From: Azolla caroliniana
Taxonomy: Eukaryota > Plantae > Polypodiophyta
Length of the DNA: 64,000 bases
Reading direction: 5' to 3'
Assembly (NCBI GenBank): GCA_043228905.1
Contig: JBHGNT010000005.1
Coordinates: forward strand, 21,204,001-21,268,000
Part shown: positions 25,911 to 38,640 of the stretch, piece after piece
Layout of the letters: the number at the start of each line of letters is the position of its first letter
Numbering within the stretch: the first letter of the stretch is position 1
The notes under the pieces: generated by a model
The model's database searches: none
Seen by the model: the letters and a program-made list of their open reading frames with translations, nothing else
What the model was told of the DNA's origin: nothing
Position numbers and translations under genes: made by a program

Positions 25911-27168
25911 TGTTATATGTTCGGTTATATGCGCGGAAGTATGTGTATGAGGACCTGTCTTTCTATGCAAAGCAAACAACACAGATATGTAGTGATAAGA
26001 AGAAGAATAAGAAGAAGATAGATGTAGTAAACACAGTTAAAGAGCTTCAATGGAAGTTCTCTATTTCTCTGTAATTCTCTCTCTACAAGACTCAAGATCG
26101 ATCATCATCGTTATAACGTTAGGCTAGAGTTTAGATACTCAAGCCTAACTATTTGGACGCATTCATTCTTGTATGGATACAAAGTTGAAGGAGTCAGCCT
26201 TTTATGCCAATAAACTCCCTTGTAAAAGGACAATTACTCTTTCTTATGTATACAAATGATTGGGGTTATCTCCCCCGTAAACCTAGATTACAAGTCTAAT
26301 CTATAGGTACATATATACAAGGTAGGTTCTCGGCATGTAACCAAAGTTGCAAAGGTAAAGTTGGTTTTGAGCCGAATTCAGCTGATTGTCCAAATCAGGG
26401 TTTTGGCTTGTCAAAATCGGTCGGATTGACTATACAGGTTGACTTTCCACCTTAGTTGGCTCGTGTCCACTTCCGACTCTCAGCCTCTACCCGATAGTCT
26501 GTTCTCCACTCATGCTCACTCCTATGGTGTCTGCTGGATCCTGAGTCTGTCTTATGACTTGCTCATCCTTGGATCATCTCTTCTCTACTCAATGTCCTTG
26601 CTCAACACAACATCTTCATTCTCTTAGTATTCCGACATTGCAGACTTTGCTTCTTCAACTTGTCTGATCGTGTCGGTTTTCAACTTATCTTCTGCTCTGC
26701 ATTCGGCTTTCTTCTATTCGATCGCTTTTCGTAGTCCCATCTTTGTCCTCAGTGCTCCAAAGCATTGATCTAGGAGTGGCTTTTTCAAGAAATCAACGAT
26801 GTTCACCTCAGTGTTGATTTTCCAAACTTTGAGCTTTTTCTCAGTTGCTAGCTCCCGGATGTGATGATACCATACCTCAATATTCTTTCTCTTCACATGA
26901 TAGACAAGATTATTTATGAGGTGTATTGTGCTCTATGAGTTGTAGTAAATGGTCAGTTTGGTCGGTCGAATCGGCTTGTTGCCGAGAAGTCGGCAGTCAG
27001 TCAGTGCAGCTAGATCCCTTCCTTCGTTGCCTCCGATGTTGCTATGTACTCGGCATCTGTGGTAGACAAAGCCATGCACTCTTGAAGCATCGACCTCGAT
27101 GATATAGCACCATCACCATCGGTGAAGATGTACCCTAATGTCGACTTTCGATTATCTGGATTCTCGGC
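25911..27168 (-). mobile_element. Copia-3, 3' part (RNase H plus 3' LTR region), degraded
   Basis: Minus strand NPDNRKSTLGYIFT...ALSTTDAEYIA and KRKNIEVWYHHIRE; LTR-like end near 25911. Boundaries approximate. Confidence 0.65.
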
Positions 27169-28221
27169 ATGACCATATAATATTCCGTGGTGAGAATTTA
27201 CCGTAGTATTCTATACACATGGATAAGTGTGAGGGTTAAACGAGAGTGTAAAGAAGGGGAGGATTACTTTTAATCCTCGGGATTGAGACAACCCATAAGG
27301 CCAAGTGTGAACTTGCCTGGGGGCCTTGGGTCTCGCTATAAATATGAGGCCTACCCACCCTCATTTGAGGATCTCTTGACTACATCGAGACTCTGTTTCA
27401 TGGTCGGTCAACTCTTGTAGTGTGCGTTGTCTTGAAGAAAACCGTCCCTTAGCGCAATCAGTGTATAGCGCGCATGAACCGGCTCTTCACTCGTGTGCGC
27501 CCTTTAATGTATATAATAGAGGATTAGGTACAAAGGCATATCCCAGGTAGTTAGATTCGGTAGGTAGGAAGTTAATGAGGGGAGCGGCTCCCTTCTTGAA
27601 GCTATAAAAGAGAGGGAGGCGCGGGGAGAAAGGGATCGCGCATTGAGGAGGACGAAGTGCTGTCGGACCGTAACTGAACGTTTCTCCTCTGTTCATTCTC
27701 CATCGCTCTTCTCTACAGGATTTCGGGAGGCTCGCGCTGCTTCGAGGAACGCCCGTGTGCTTCCGGCAGCACCTCCATTATTATAGATCTCGGTACTAAA
27801 GTAAGCTTAAGATAAGGATAAAGAAATGAAAGATAGAAAGGAGAAAGAGAAAGAAGGGTGCTGATCCACCCAACCACCCCCCCGAGCAAAGGGATCGAGA
27901 CGGACTCGAGCCTCGATCGGCGTCCCATACCACCGCCGTGGCGTCGAGTCGTACCTGGTGCTGGCGCGCTCGCTACAAGAGTTGACCCACCACACGAGCA
28001 GAGTCTCGATGTAGTCAAAAGATGATCAAATGAGGGTAGCTAGGCCTCTTATTTATCGCGATACCCAAGGCCCCCAGGCAAGTTCACACTTGACCTAATG
28101 GGTTGTCTCAATCCCGAGGATTAAAAGTAATCCTCCCCTTCTTTACACTCTCGTTTAACCCTCACACTTATCCACGTGTATAGAATACTACGGTAAATTC
28201 TCACCACGGGATATTATATGG

Positions 28222-31200
28222 TCATGCCCGTAACATAATCCCCCTCTTTAAAACATTGCATTCTTGCAATGGAAAGTTAGGGAAGTTAGTTCTAAGAGTA
28301 TTTTCGCGTTCCCATGTGGCATCTTTTATTGATTTATCCATCCATTTTATTTTAAATTCTCGGATTTCTTTAGTACGTAATTTTTTTGTTTTAATATCGA
28401 GAATTCTTTCTGGTACATGTGGTTTAGAAGATAATTCTTCAGAAGTAACCAGAGTTTCAGTTGTAACTGTATTGTCGCCAAAACCTAGAAGTTCTTTTAG
28501 ACGACTCACATGAAAGACTGGATGAATTCCGACACCATCGGGAAGAGCGAGACGATAGGCTGATGACCCAATGCATTTCAAGACTATAAAAGGTCCACAA
28601 AACCGTGGGGCTAACTTAGCGCACTTACCCGTAGACAATGTCTTAGAATTGTGAGGTACACGTAAAAATACCTTCTGTCCAGGGTTGAATACACGAGGTT
28701 GCCTATGATGATCGGCATAAAAACGCGCTCTATCTTGAGCTGTTTTTATATTATCTCGTGCAATATGCAACATATCTTGCATATCCCGAAGAAAGTTTTG
28801 CGTACTTCGCAACTCATCATGATGTATATTAACATCAATCGGGGCTCGTGGCTGAAATCCATACATCAACATAAAAGGACTATATCCCGTCGACGTATGC
28901 TTGGAGCTGTTATAAGCGAACTCCAAAATTGGGAGATAACGTTCCCATTTTGTTGGTTTTGCACCAACGTATGCTCGAAGCATGTCCTCAATAATTTGAT
29001 TTACTCGTTCCGTCTGTCCATCGGATTGAGGATGATCCGTGGAGCTCATGCTCAACGTAGTTTCTAACTTCTTAAAGACTTGCGTCCAGAAGTCACTAGT
29101 AAACTTTGGATCTCGATCGCTCACGATATCCATCGGTAACCCATAAAAATGAAACAATTCGTCAACGAATTGGTAAGCCAATTCAGGAGCTATTACCGTG
29201 GTTTTAGTAGCAATAAATCTGGCCATTTTAGTTAGTCGATCAACGACAACCCAGATGGCATCATGACCTTTTTGGGTGCGAGGAAGGCTAACAATAAAAT
29301 CCATGGATATACTTTCCCACTTATTATTGGGAATGTCCAAGGGATGTAAAAGTCCTGCGGCTTTAAGTCGCTCAACTTTGTTAACCTGACACTGGTGACA
29401 ATTAGTCACATAGCTATGTATGTAAGGACGCATCTTAGGCCAATAAAATTGAGTGGAGATGAGAACGAGTGTACGATGTATTCCAGGGTGCCCTGCTGAG
29501 GGTGCATCATGGCATTCAAAAAGAATCCTCTTTTTGACCTCGGGTAAATCTGGAACACAAACCTTCCCATTACTGTAGAGCAAACCGTTAGCAATGTGGA
29601 AGTATTCCTTCGAGGATGTGGTGGTGTCTGTTCCAGACTGAACTCTTGCCCAGTATTTTGCGAAATAACTGTCATCAGGATACTTTCCTCGAAGGTGATC
29701 ATAAAGATCTGATGATATTTCAGTGAAGCTAAGCGTGTTAACTTCACGAATGCGACTTAGTGCATCAGCGACAGTGTTCATGGAACCTTTACGATATCGT
29801 ATGGAAAAATCAAAGTCCTGGATGAGATCAGCCCATCGTGCCTTACGACCTTTCAGGTCTTGTTGGTCACAAAAATATTTCAAGGACTCGTGGTTCGTAG
29901 TTACCACAAAGTGATTTCCATAAAGATAATGGCGCCATGTTTTGAGCACATGTATAATTGCAAATAATTCCTTTTCTTGAACGGTATACCGACATTGAGC
30001 AGAATCAAGTTTCTTACTCTCGAATGCTATTGGTTTACCATCTTGATACAAGACAACACCTATAGCATAATCGCTTGCATCCGTTTCAACCTCAAAAGGT
30101 TTTGAAGGATCAGGTAAAAGAAGTGAAGGAGCCTTGCAAACCAGGTCCTTGAGTTCCTTAAAGGCAAGGTCTAGTGTAGCATTCCACACAATAGGTTTTG
30201 TAGACTTACGTGTTTGACCTTTTAAAAGATCAGGAAACGACGTCGTCAATTGGGAGTAATTACGATGAGACTTTCGCAAAAACCCCACAAAACCAAGGAA
30301 TGATCGAACTTCTCGAATATTCCGAAGAGTGGGCCAAAGCTTGATTTTCTCAATGCGATGTTCGCATTTTGAGATCTTCGCATAAAACTGTTTGTCACGC
30401 AATGTTTGTAAAACAAAGCGGACATGGCTAGCATGTTCTTGTAATGTACAGCTATAAACTAAAATATCATCCAAGAAAATAACGACAAATTTTCCAAGTT
30501 GTTCTCGGAAAATGTCATTCATTTCTTGTTGAAAAGTAGCTGGAGCATTGGTCAAACCAAAAGGCATAACCAAAAACCGGTAATGGCCATAGCGCGTACG
30601 AAATGCCGTTTTAGGAACATCGTCCTCACTTATTCGTATTTGATGGTAGCCAGTACGGAGATCAAGTTTCATAAAATACTGAGCTCCCTGGAGACGGTCA
30701 ATTAGATCGTCAGCCCGGGGCAATAGATACGAATTCTTGATCGTCACTTTATTCAAGCATCGGTAATTAATACACATTCGCCATGTGCCCTCTTTCTTTT
30801 TAACCAAGAGAACTGGTGCACCCCATGGAGATTTACTATAATGTATATAACCCATTCGTAAATAGTCCTTGAGTTGCTTAGATACCTCATTTTCTTCGGA
30901 TCGACTTAAGCGATATGGAGGTATACTTATTGGTGCAACACCAAGTACAATATCTATACGATGGTCTATATTACGTTTAGGAGGTAACCTATCAGGTAGT
31001 TCACTTGGAAAAACATCATGAAAATCATTTAAGATTTCATCAAGTTGTTGTTCAAAATATGTTAATTGAATCGGGACATTATTGATATTGTAAACGTGAA
31101 TGTCCGGATCAAGTACACAATAAAATAACGTAGAACAAGACAACTCGGATATTGATGGACATGAGGAAATAATCGAAAGGGATTGTTTTTTTACACATTG

Positions 31201-31425
31201 AATAAAATGCGTACAATCGTTCAGTACAAAAGAAATGGAATGACGAACCCAATCAATAAATAAAGAAGAGTTTTTATTATAAAACCAGGGATAACCCAGT
31301 ATTACATCGGTGGTACAAAGATTCATTACATGGAAGTCTACTTCCTCTATATAAGTATCAATAGAAATTCCTAATGAATGAATCGCCCTGTTGCTGTATT
31401 GTACTCTTCCATCAGCCAAGTGCAC
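28222..31425 (-). CDS. pol: Pol: protease C-terminal half, RT, RNase H, integrase, chromodomain (1067 aa; short in-frame RT deletion)
   Basis: [50 protein letters not shown], and C-terminal chromodomain ERILD...FKIKW...DATWE. Confidence 0.92.
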   Translation of the reverse strand: MHLADGRVQYSNRAIHSLGISIDTYIEEVDFHVMNLCTTDVILGYPWFYNKNSSLFIDWVRHSISFVLNDCTHFIQCVKKQSLSIISSCPSISELSCSTLFYCVLDPDIHVYNINNVPIQLTYFEQQLDEILNDFHDVFPSELPDRLPPKRNIDHRIDIVLGVAPISIPPYRLSRSEENEVSKQLKDYLRMGYIHYSKSPWGAPVLLVKKKEGTWRMCINYRCLNKVTIKNSYLLPRADDLIDRLQGAQYFMKLDLRTGYHQIRISEDDVPKTAFRTRYGHYRFLVMPFGLTNAPATFQQEMNDIFREQLGKFVVIFLDDILVYSCTLQEHASHVRFVLQTLRDKQFYAKISKCEHRIEKIKLWPTLRNIREVRSFLGFVGFLRKSHRNYSQLTTSFPDLLKGQTRKSTKPIVWNATLDLAFKELKDLVCKAPSLLLPDPSKPFEVETDASDYAIGVVLYQDGKPIAFESKKLDSAQCRYTVQEKELFAIIHVLKTWRHYLYGNHFVVTTNHESLKYFCDQQDLKGRKARWADLIQDFDFSIRYRKGSMNTVADALSRIREVNTLSFTEISSDLYDHLRGKYPDDSYFAKYWARVQSGTDTTTSSKEYFHIANGLLYSNGKVCVPDLPEVKKRILFECHDAPSAGHPGIHRTLVLISTQFYWPKMRPYIHSYVTNCHQCQVNKVERLKAAGLLHPLDIPNNKWESISMDFIVSLPRTQKGHDAIWVVVDRLTKMARFIATKTTVIAPELAYQFVDELFHFYGLPMDIVSDRDPKFTSDFWTQVFKKLETTLSMSSTDHPQSDGQTERVNQIIEDMLRAYVGAKPTKWERYLPILEFAYNSSKHTSTGYSPFMLMYGFQPRAPIDVNIHHDELRSTQNFLRDMQDMLHIARDNIKTAQDRARFYADHHRQPRVFNPGQKVFLRVPHNSKTLSTGKCAKLAPRFCGPFIVLKCIGSSAYRLALPDGVGIHPVFHVSRLKELLGFGDNTVTTETLVTSEELSSKPHVPERILDIKTKKLRTKEIREFKIKWMDKSIKDATWERENTLRTNFPNFPLQECNVLKRGIMLRA

Positions 31426-31467
31426 CGTGTAGGTGTGATCACTTACGGTGGGTTGGATTCCCCATAT

Positions 31468-32586
31468 CTAAACCAAACAATCATTCACAAAATTGTGTGA
31501 GCTTCCCGAATCAAATAAAAATTGTACGGGAGATCCATTGATATACCCGTTTGCACGTAGTAAATCATTGGGACCCAATACATAGTGAGGGAAAGAACAT
31601 TGACAATTACTTAAATGATGTGTATAGACCTGAAGGACATTAGGAATCTGACCTTTATGGTCTGCAGCTTTAGCTTTGTTGTCGTGCTCTTTCCGTTGGA
31701 GCTTTCGACATTGTTCTTTTGTATGACCCTTCTTTTTGCAGAATACACAAAAAGGATGTTGTCGCTTACAATCGCGATCCAGGAATTCGTTGGGTGTCTT
31801 GCGTTTCCCAACAAATTGCGACTGCTTAGTTCCAGGCGCTTTGTTGGGTTTGTTATGGTCCTTCTTCGAAGTGCGTTGATAGCGAAGAACTATTTCAATG
31901 GCCTCTTCGAAGGATTTTGGATCCTTATCGTGCACTATTCAATGATAGTCCGAATTGGGGATGCCATTGACAAAACAAGGTATCAACCAATTGCCCCCTT
32001 CTAGACCCGATTTTTAGATTTGGGTTCTAGCATGTTGAACATAGTCTTCTAGCGAGGAAAATTTCTTGCTAGAGAGGTTCATTAAAGCTTGTGCTGCCTC
32101 GGTTCAAGAGGGAGGTTGCAGAAATTGGCCCTTAAAAACCGTGACAAAATCTGTCCAGGTATCGGGCAATTTCCCCATAGTACGGAGGCCACGCCACCAG
32201 GCGGCGGCCTTACCCTCAGGTTCTCGGCCGACATATGCAATCTTCGTACTATCTGGCGTGGGATAGAGCTCAAAATGAGACTCCCATCGTCCCAGCCATG
32301 TGCAGATTGCTTCTTCGGTTCTTTGCTTTTTGTCTCCGGTAAATGGCTTAACGACAAATGATGGTTCACCTTGTCGCTCATCAGGTCTATTAGTCTCACG
32401 TTGTAGACTAATGACACGTGCCTCAAGAGCACTCTGAGATTGCCGAAGTTCAGTCATATGTTGAGCGGTGAAACTAAGGTATTGGGTTATTTGTGCCAAA
32501 TACATCTCAGTGGACATTTGTCTAGGAGGATTCCCTTGAGTTCCTTCCGCTTGAGCGGATGACATCGGGTCGTTAATTTGAGCCAT
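31468..32586 (-). pseudogene. gag: Family C gag (capsid, CCHC knuckle) and protease N-terminus, with premature stops
   Basis: ORFs 32104-32586 and 31468-31935 (CVFCKKKGHTKEQC; LFDSGSSHNFV). Confidence 0.88.
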
Positions 32587-34533
32587 TAAAGATTATTTCT
32601 GGAAAAGAAATAGGATAAGGTCAGAGATATAATCATAACATCATGTCGTGATGTAAACATATCATGGGCGAGCATTAATCGATATCATTATCTCACGTCA
32701 ATACCCCTCTAGACGTATGAGATGAGGTTCAAGATCAGGTTACTATGGTAACACAAAGGTGTTTTAAAAACCATGGGGGTGACAAATAAATGTCTTTCCC
32801 TGATCTCTATATCGATTTTTTCATGGTGGCTCCCCGAGGCTCAACCATGTATGTTCGCGTCATGAATAGTTTATACACGAAAAAAATGTTAACAATAAAC
32901 TATGTTTCGGTGCCCACATATGTGGTTTCGGCTCTTTAAGTCCTATTACGAGGACCCCGAGGTGCACTTAGACCTTAAGTCTAAACATGTGTTATAGTCA
33001 TATGTATCAAGGATGTTGTATGGTCTTGGTCATATTTGAACTCGAGACCTCGAGAACAAATACATTAAACACTTGAGCCAAACAAGTAAGTTGCTCTTCT
33101 TGAATGCTTAATGCTTGATGCGTATAAGAGATATGCGAGGCAATTGATCATATATGTTTTTTTTAAAAGAACATATATGTCAAGGGTCCTTATTTCGCCC
33201 TCATTTACCAAAACTATGTTGGTACGTTACCTATCCTCAAGTCTCGTAATTACGATGGCATACGCCAAAGTGCAACCTAATGGTGAAGCCAAATGAGCCC
33301 TTGTTTCGTAGTAGGCTCACGTGGGCCATCACATGGTCACGTCATTATGAATGCCTCTCGTAAGAACGAGCTCATGGTGGCATCATATCCATGTAACGAG
33401 GGAGGGATGTTGGATACGTGCGTCATTGGAGCGACCTCACTTGAAGTGGGTCAAGCCCTACGTACTCAACATCATTATGGCTATTGGCGTTTCTTTACGT
33501 AACAAAATCGAGGTCATCAACGGGGTTATCAACAATAAAAAATTGTTGAAAAAGGGATGGTGACAACGCCATTCCCACAAAAATGTGAGGACGGCCACCA
33601 ACATCCTTTTCCCGACCATGACAACTTTCGACATAATCACGTAATAACGAATATACACATATGTTTACTTTTCACATATATACGATCAAATACGTATATA
33701 TGTGACCACATATGCCTATATTAAACATATCATTATATTAAATAACCACAAATGATGTGATCGAGATACGTAATCGAGGTATATACCTCTACGCACACGA
33801 AACATCCACAAATAAGAGATCATCGTAATACGCAATTGAGGTATTGACCTCTTACGCTGTCGTGCCTTTCGGCTCCGGATCGTTGCGTGAGTCGGGTGGG
33901 AACTGCCGAGGTTTTGGACTAGGAGAAAGAAAAATACAAATAAGGCTAGTAAAGAATAGGTATAAAGAGTTATAAGATAAGAATCTCGTGAATCCCACGA
34001 GTTTAGTATATTTAGTCAATATTTAGGTAGTAATAGAGAATTATTTTAGCAAATTCGTGAATCCCGCGAATATTTTAGATTGATTGATCATTATAGAAAA
34101 ATAATCAACAAAAACTACAATGTGCTCCCCATCCTTATATAGTGATGGGAGAGACTAAGCATAGCTACATGTTTTTTTCTAATATGTTCATGCACACTAA
34201 ATGTGCATGTGATGCTTTTCTAATCCTTGCTTTTATTTGCTAAATATAGTGCTCATGCACGCTAGATGTGCATGAGTCACTTTTTAGTTGCTTGCGTTTT
34301 TCTATAAAATATTCACGCACTCTAAAAATACATGATTTACCTTTTTAATAAAGGTAGGCGCAAATAAAGCACTTATAGTTATTAAATCTATTTATAGAAC
34401 ACTAAAGATAAGGTAGCATAATGGTAAAGTTGAGATTTGGCTACGTGGAGGTACAAGGTTCGAATCTTGCCCTATGCACGTGATAAATATCTTGATTATT
34501 CTTATTTTATTTATTTATATGTAATTAAATCGG

Positions 34534-36675
34534 TTATATTATTTTTACTTTTTCACGTAGTGTACGAAATACACTACGACACTCACCCCCTCCGAACCCG
34601 CACATCCTCCGGTATGTGCCGAAGTTGCCGATGCTCGTTGTCTCCCCTTCATCCTCCGTTTGTCCCGCTATGTCAACTTTGTCTCTCCATTTTGAGTAGA
34701 CCCATTCTTTCCACCCGAACCATTGTCGCCATCCGATCCACCATATTCTTTGTTCTCTCTCGTCATATTCTTGGCCCTTGTCATTCGTGGTAGTGTCTTT
34801 TACTGGCCTCTTTCTTGTCTTCATCAACCTTGACTTTTTTCCGGATCGCTCTTGTCCGATCGACTTTCGGTTTGATCGGCTTCCGATCGGATTCGTATTC
34901 GGCCGAATCGGAATCGGTTGTTCGGTTTCGATTGAGTCGGTCTCCTTCCGGCCCGGTTTCGATCTATCGGTTTCGGTTTCAGTTGGCTTTCTTTTCCTCG
35001 TTTTCACCAGCCTCGACCGTTCCAACCTTCGGTTGAGTCGGATTAGCTTCTTTCCGGATCGGTCTCGTCCGATCGGCTTTCGGCTAGGTCGGCTTCCATC
35101 CATATTCGCGTTCGGCCAAGTCAGACTCGGTCGATCGGTTTTGACCGAGTTGAGCCCCTTTCGGGTCGGCTTTCTTTCGGGTCGTCTTTCGGCCGAATCC
35201 TCTTTAGCCCGGTTCGGCTTTCGTTTGTGTCGTCTTTCGGCTGAATTCTCTTCCTTTCGGTTCGGCTTTCTTTTGGGTTGACTTTCGATCGAATCCTCAT
35301 TCGCCCGGTTCGGCTTTCTTTCGGGTCGTCTTTCGGTCGAATCTTCATTCGCCCGGTTCGGCTTTCTTTCGGGTCGGAATCCCGTCCGGATCACCTTCCA
35401 TCCGAACCGGCTTCTAACTTTACCTTTCTTGCCGCCACCTCCCGTCTCTCCGGTCTCACGTTGCTTCTCAGACACAACCGCCGAAGTCTCTAGGATTAGT
35501 GGGCAGGAATCCTTGGTATTATCATCCTCCGTTGTTTCACCCATAGCCATATTCTCGGCTCTCTCTCTGTCATACGCATCGGCTTCGACCTTTAATGTCT
35601 CTCCGCCACCTTCCGTCTCTTCGGTCTCACGTTGCCTTTCGAACGCAACCGCCGGAGTCTCTGGAATCAGTGGTGGGGAAGTCTCGATATGGCCATCCGT
35701 CATTGATTCGTCCATAGCCACCTTCGATTCGATGTCATCTTTCTTGGTGACCTCCTCAATCAAGTCCTCCTTGCTCTCTTTCACTGCATCAATTATGGAA
35801 ACATCAATTATGCTTACCCCTTTTTCACCTGATGTTTCAGACACTTGTATTCCGAAATCTTCTTCTACACTTGGGTTATCGGCCTTATCCTTCGCCGTCG
35901 TTCTTTCGCAAGACAAGAGGGTAGCTTGTTTTACACCCTCTTCCGTCGCACCATCATGTTGTATTTCGGCCTTCATATCGGCTCCATCGTTTGTCTTCAA
36001 TCGACCATCCTTCATCGGCCATGTCGTTGACAAGATTCTCATCTTCCTCTCATCATGTCTCCGGCATACCCTTTGGACTTCGGCCCAATCTTCGGTAAGA
36101 CCATTCGTACCGTCATCGTCTTCGAGTTCAATCCCGATGTCCATCCTTTCTTTTCGATCGATCGATTTTACGAACATTAGGACTTTATCCTCCCCCACCA
36201 ACCGTTGTTCCCGCTTCGAGAGTCGAGCAAGACGATGCTCGAACTCTAGGAATGCTTGTGTTGCACTTCGGTGGGTCTTCTCCGATGCCACCCATTCGTC
36301 GAATTCTCGCCGATCTTTTCCCTTCGATCTCTTGTAATCATATGCCTCTCGTAAAGCTTCTTCGAATGACCCCCATGTCGAGTTTTGTTGCCGTATCTTG
36401 TGGATTCTCTCTTGTAGCTCATCCGTGGCCACCCGATTGAAGGATGTCACTTGCAATCCTTCCGGTATCCCACATCGTATCATCTCCGCCTTGTAGTCAC
36501 GTAGATAGCATGACACATCGTTTCCGTTGAATTGTCCATTTCGTTGTACGAGCCGCTTTACTGCCCCCGTGATCTCCGACATCGCTCGTTGTTCTTGTAG
36601 CATCCGCTCGAACATCATCATCATCATGTTCATCGCCTCTTGTTGATTCTCCATCTCCTTCCCACCCGCCTTCAC
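34534..36675 (-). CDS. gag: Intact 713-aa gag-fusion protein (gag capsid region, acidic domain, Arg/Lys-rich repeats)
   Basis: Uninterrupted ORF from the PBS through the PPT into the LTR; N-terminal about 210 aa homologous to family A/B gag. Confidence 0.85.
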   Translation of the reverse strand: MKAGGKEMENQQEAMNMMMMMFERMLQEQRAMSEITGAVKRLVQRNGQFNGNDVSCYLRDYKAEMIRCGIPEGLQVTSFNRVATDELQERIHKIRQQNSTWGSFEEALREAYDYKRSKGKDRREFDEWVASEKTHRSATQAFLEFEHRLARLSKREQRLVGEDKVLMFVKSIDRKERMDIGIELEDDDGTNGLTEDWAEVQRVCRRHDERKMRILSTTWPMKDGRLKTNDGADMKAEIQHDGATEEGVKQATLLSCERTTAKDKADNPSVEEDFGIQVSETSGEKGVSIIDVSIIDAVKESKEDLIEEVTKKDDIESKVAMDESMTDGHIETSPPLIPETPAVAFERQRETEETEGGGETLKVEADAYDRERAENMAMGETTEDDNTKDSCPLILETSAVVSEKQRETGETGGGGKKGKVRSRFGWKVIRTGFRPERKPNRANEDSTERRPERKPNRANEDSIESQPKRKPNRKEENSAERRHKRKPNRAKEDSAERRPERKPTRKGLNSVKTDRPSLTWPNANMDGSRPSRKPIGRDRSGKKLIRLNRRLERSRLVKTRKRKPTETETDRSKPGRKETDSIETEQPIPIRPNTNPIGSRSNRKSIGQERSGKKSRLMKTRKRPVKDTTTNDKGQEYDEREQRIWWIGWRQWFGWKEWVYSKWRDKVDIAGQTEDEGETTSIGNFGTYRRMCGFGGGECRSVFRTLREKVKII
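35160..35380. repeat. About five tandem coding repeats (RPERKPNRxxEDSxE-like)
   Basis: Repeated cggttcggctttctttcgggtcgtctttcgg units in the DNA and in the translation. Confidence 0.85.
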
Positions 36676-38640
36676 GTCGAGTTCACCAACTGTGTCGTGC
36701 CTTTCGGCTCCGGATCGTTGCGTGAGTCGGGTGGGAACCGCCGAGGTTTTGGACTAGGAGAAAGAAAAATACAAATAAGGCTAGTAAAGAATAGGTATAA
36801 AGAGTTATAAGATAAGAATCTCGTGAATCCCACGAGTTTAGTATATTTAGTCAATATTTAGGTAGTAAGAGAGAATTATTTTAGCAAATTCGTGAATCCC
36901 ACGAATATTTTAGATTGATTGATCAATATAGAAAAATAATCAACAAAAACTACAATGTGCTCCCCATCCTTATATAGTGATGGGAGAGACTAAGCATAGC
37001 TACATGTTTTTTTCTAATATGTTCATGCACACTAAATGTGCATGTGATGCTTTTCTAATCCTTGCTTTTATTTGCTAAATATAGTGCTCATGCACGCTAG
37101 ATGTGCATGAGTCACTTTTTAGTTGCTTACGTTTTTCTATAAAATATTCACGCACTCTAAAAATACATGATTTACCTTTTTAATAAAGGTAGGCGCAAAT
37201 AAAGCACTTATAGTTATTAAATCTATTTATAGAACACTAAAGATAAGGTAGTACAATGGTAAAGTTGAGATTTGGCTATGTGGAGGTACAAGGTTCGAAT
37301 CTTGCCCTATGCACGTGATAAATATCTTGATTATTCTTATTTTATTTATTTATATGTAATTAAATCGGTTATATTATTTTTACTTTTTCACGTAGTGTAC
37401 GAAATACACTACGACAACGCATATGAGACCAACCGCATATCGTTTACAACAAATCAAGGTATTAAACTCATACGCAAACGTAACATATGTTCTTGAAAGT
37501 AATACGTAATTGAGGTATTAACCTCGTACGCATACGACACTCATCACATATTATTAATATGTCAAACGAGGTATTGACCTCGTGCACATATGTAAACGTT
37601 TTAGATAATCAATTAAAGACCACTACAACATCATTGACTTAATGAAAAAAATTACATATAAACTAAACACATGATTAGATGGGAGAAGAGAGAATAGAAA
37701 GAAAAATTATGGAAAGAGTTACCGAAGTTCTTTGTTGATCGTTGTCTGGATCAAGGCCAACCGCACAACGATCGATCAGCATCAATCAAAAGACAAATGA
37801 AAAACAAAGAAACATTAGTACAAAAATCTGATACCAAATATTATAGATCTCGGTACTAAAGTAAGCTTAAGATAAGGATAAAGAAATGAAAGATAGAAAG
37901 GAGAAAGAGAAAGAAGGGTGCCGATCCACCCGACCACCCCCGAGCAAAGGGATCGAGACGGACTTGAGCCTCGATCGGCGTCCCATACCACCGCCGTGGC
38001 GTCGGGTCGTACCTGGTGCTAGCGCGCTCGCTACAAGAGTTGACCCACCACATGAGCAGAGTCTCGATGTAGTCAAAAGATGATCAAATGAGGGTAGCTA
38101 GGCCTCTTATTTATAGCGATACCCAAGGCCCCCAGGCAAGTTCACACTTGACCTAATGGGTTGTCTCAATCCCGAGGATTAAAAGTAATCCTCCCCTTCT
38201 TTACACTCTCGTTTAACCCTCACACTTATCCACGTGTATAGAATACTACGGTAAATTCTCACCACGGGATATTATATGGTCATGCCCGTAACATCCATCC
38301 TTTCCCCTTTCGTGCGCAGACGAGCAGGCATCGGCATCTGTTCACCGGCCTGTTCGGTTGTAACCGCTCGCGTGCTCTGTTGTTTTGTGTCTTTTGTTAA
38401 TATACAAACATTCGTGTCTCTCTGTCTCTGTGTCCATTCGTGTTTTTTGCGTTGACGGGCCGTGTCCCTGTGTTTCTTTGCTCATATGTAACCGGTCGTC
38501 TCTCTCTTTCTCTTTCCCCTCCTATCATCTGCTCTTCGATTCAAGACCCCAGTGGTCCCGCCTCGTTTATCCACGCACGCGCGTAGTAACGCGACATATT
38601 TGGTGAACCCGACGTGAACAAGGCGGTAGAGGAGCAGAAG

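Larger units (their letters stand above)
33858..37416 (-). mobile_element. Non-autonomous gag-only (TR-GAG-like) family A element, 3.56 kb, young
   Basis: Near-identical 724-bp LTRs 33858-34581 and 36693-37416, TSD ACGC, PBS-Trp, PPT, one ORF and no pol. Confidence 0.92.
27779..38293 (-). mobile_element. Chromovirus-type Ty3/gypsy, family C copy 2, near full length
   Basis: LTRs 27779-28235 and 37839-38293, perfect TSD TCCAT, PBS tggtatcaga, PPT, gag-pol with chromodomain. Confidence 0.95.

Noticed and set aside
33100-33660. Possible extra antisense ORF in the long family C leader (similar peptides at 24423-24632)
   Set aside because: Frames are not maintained between the two copies; the similarity is explained by DNA-level homology.
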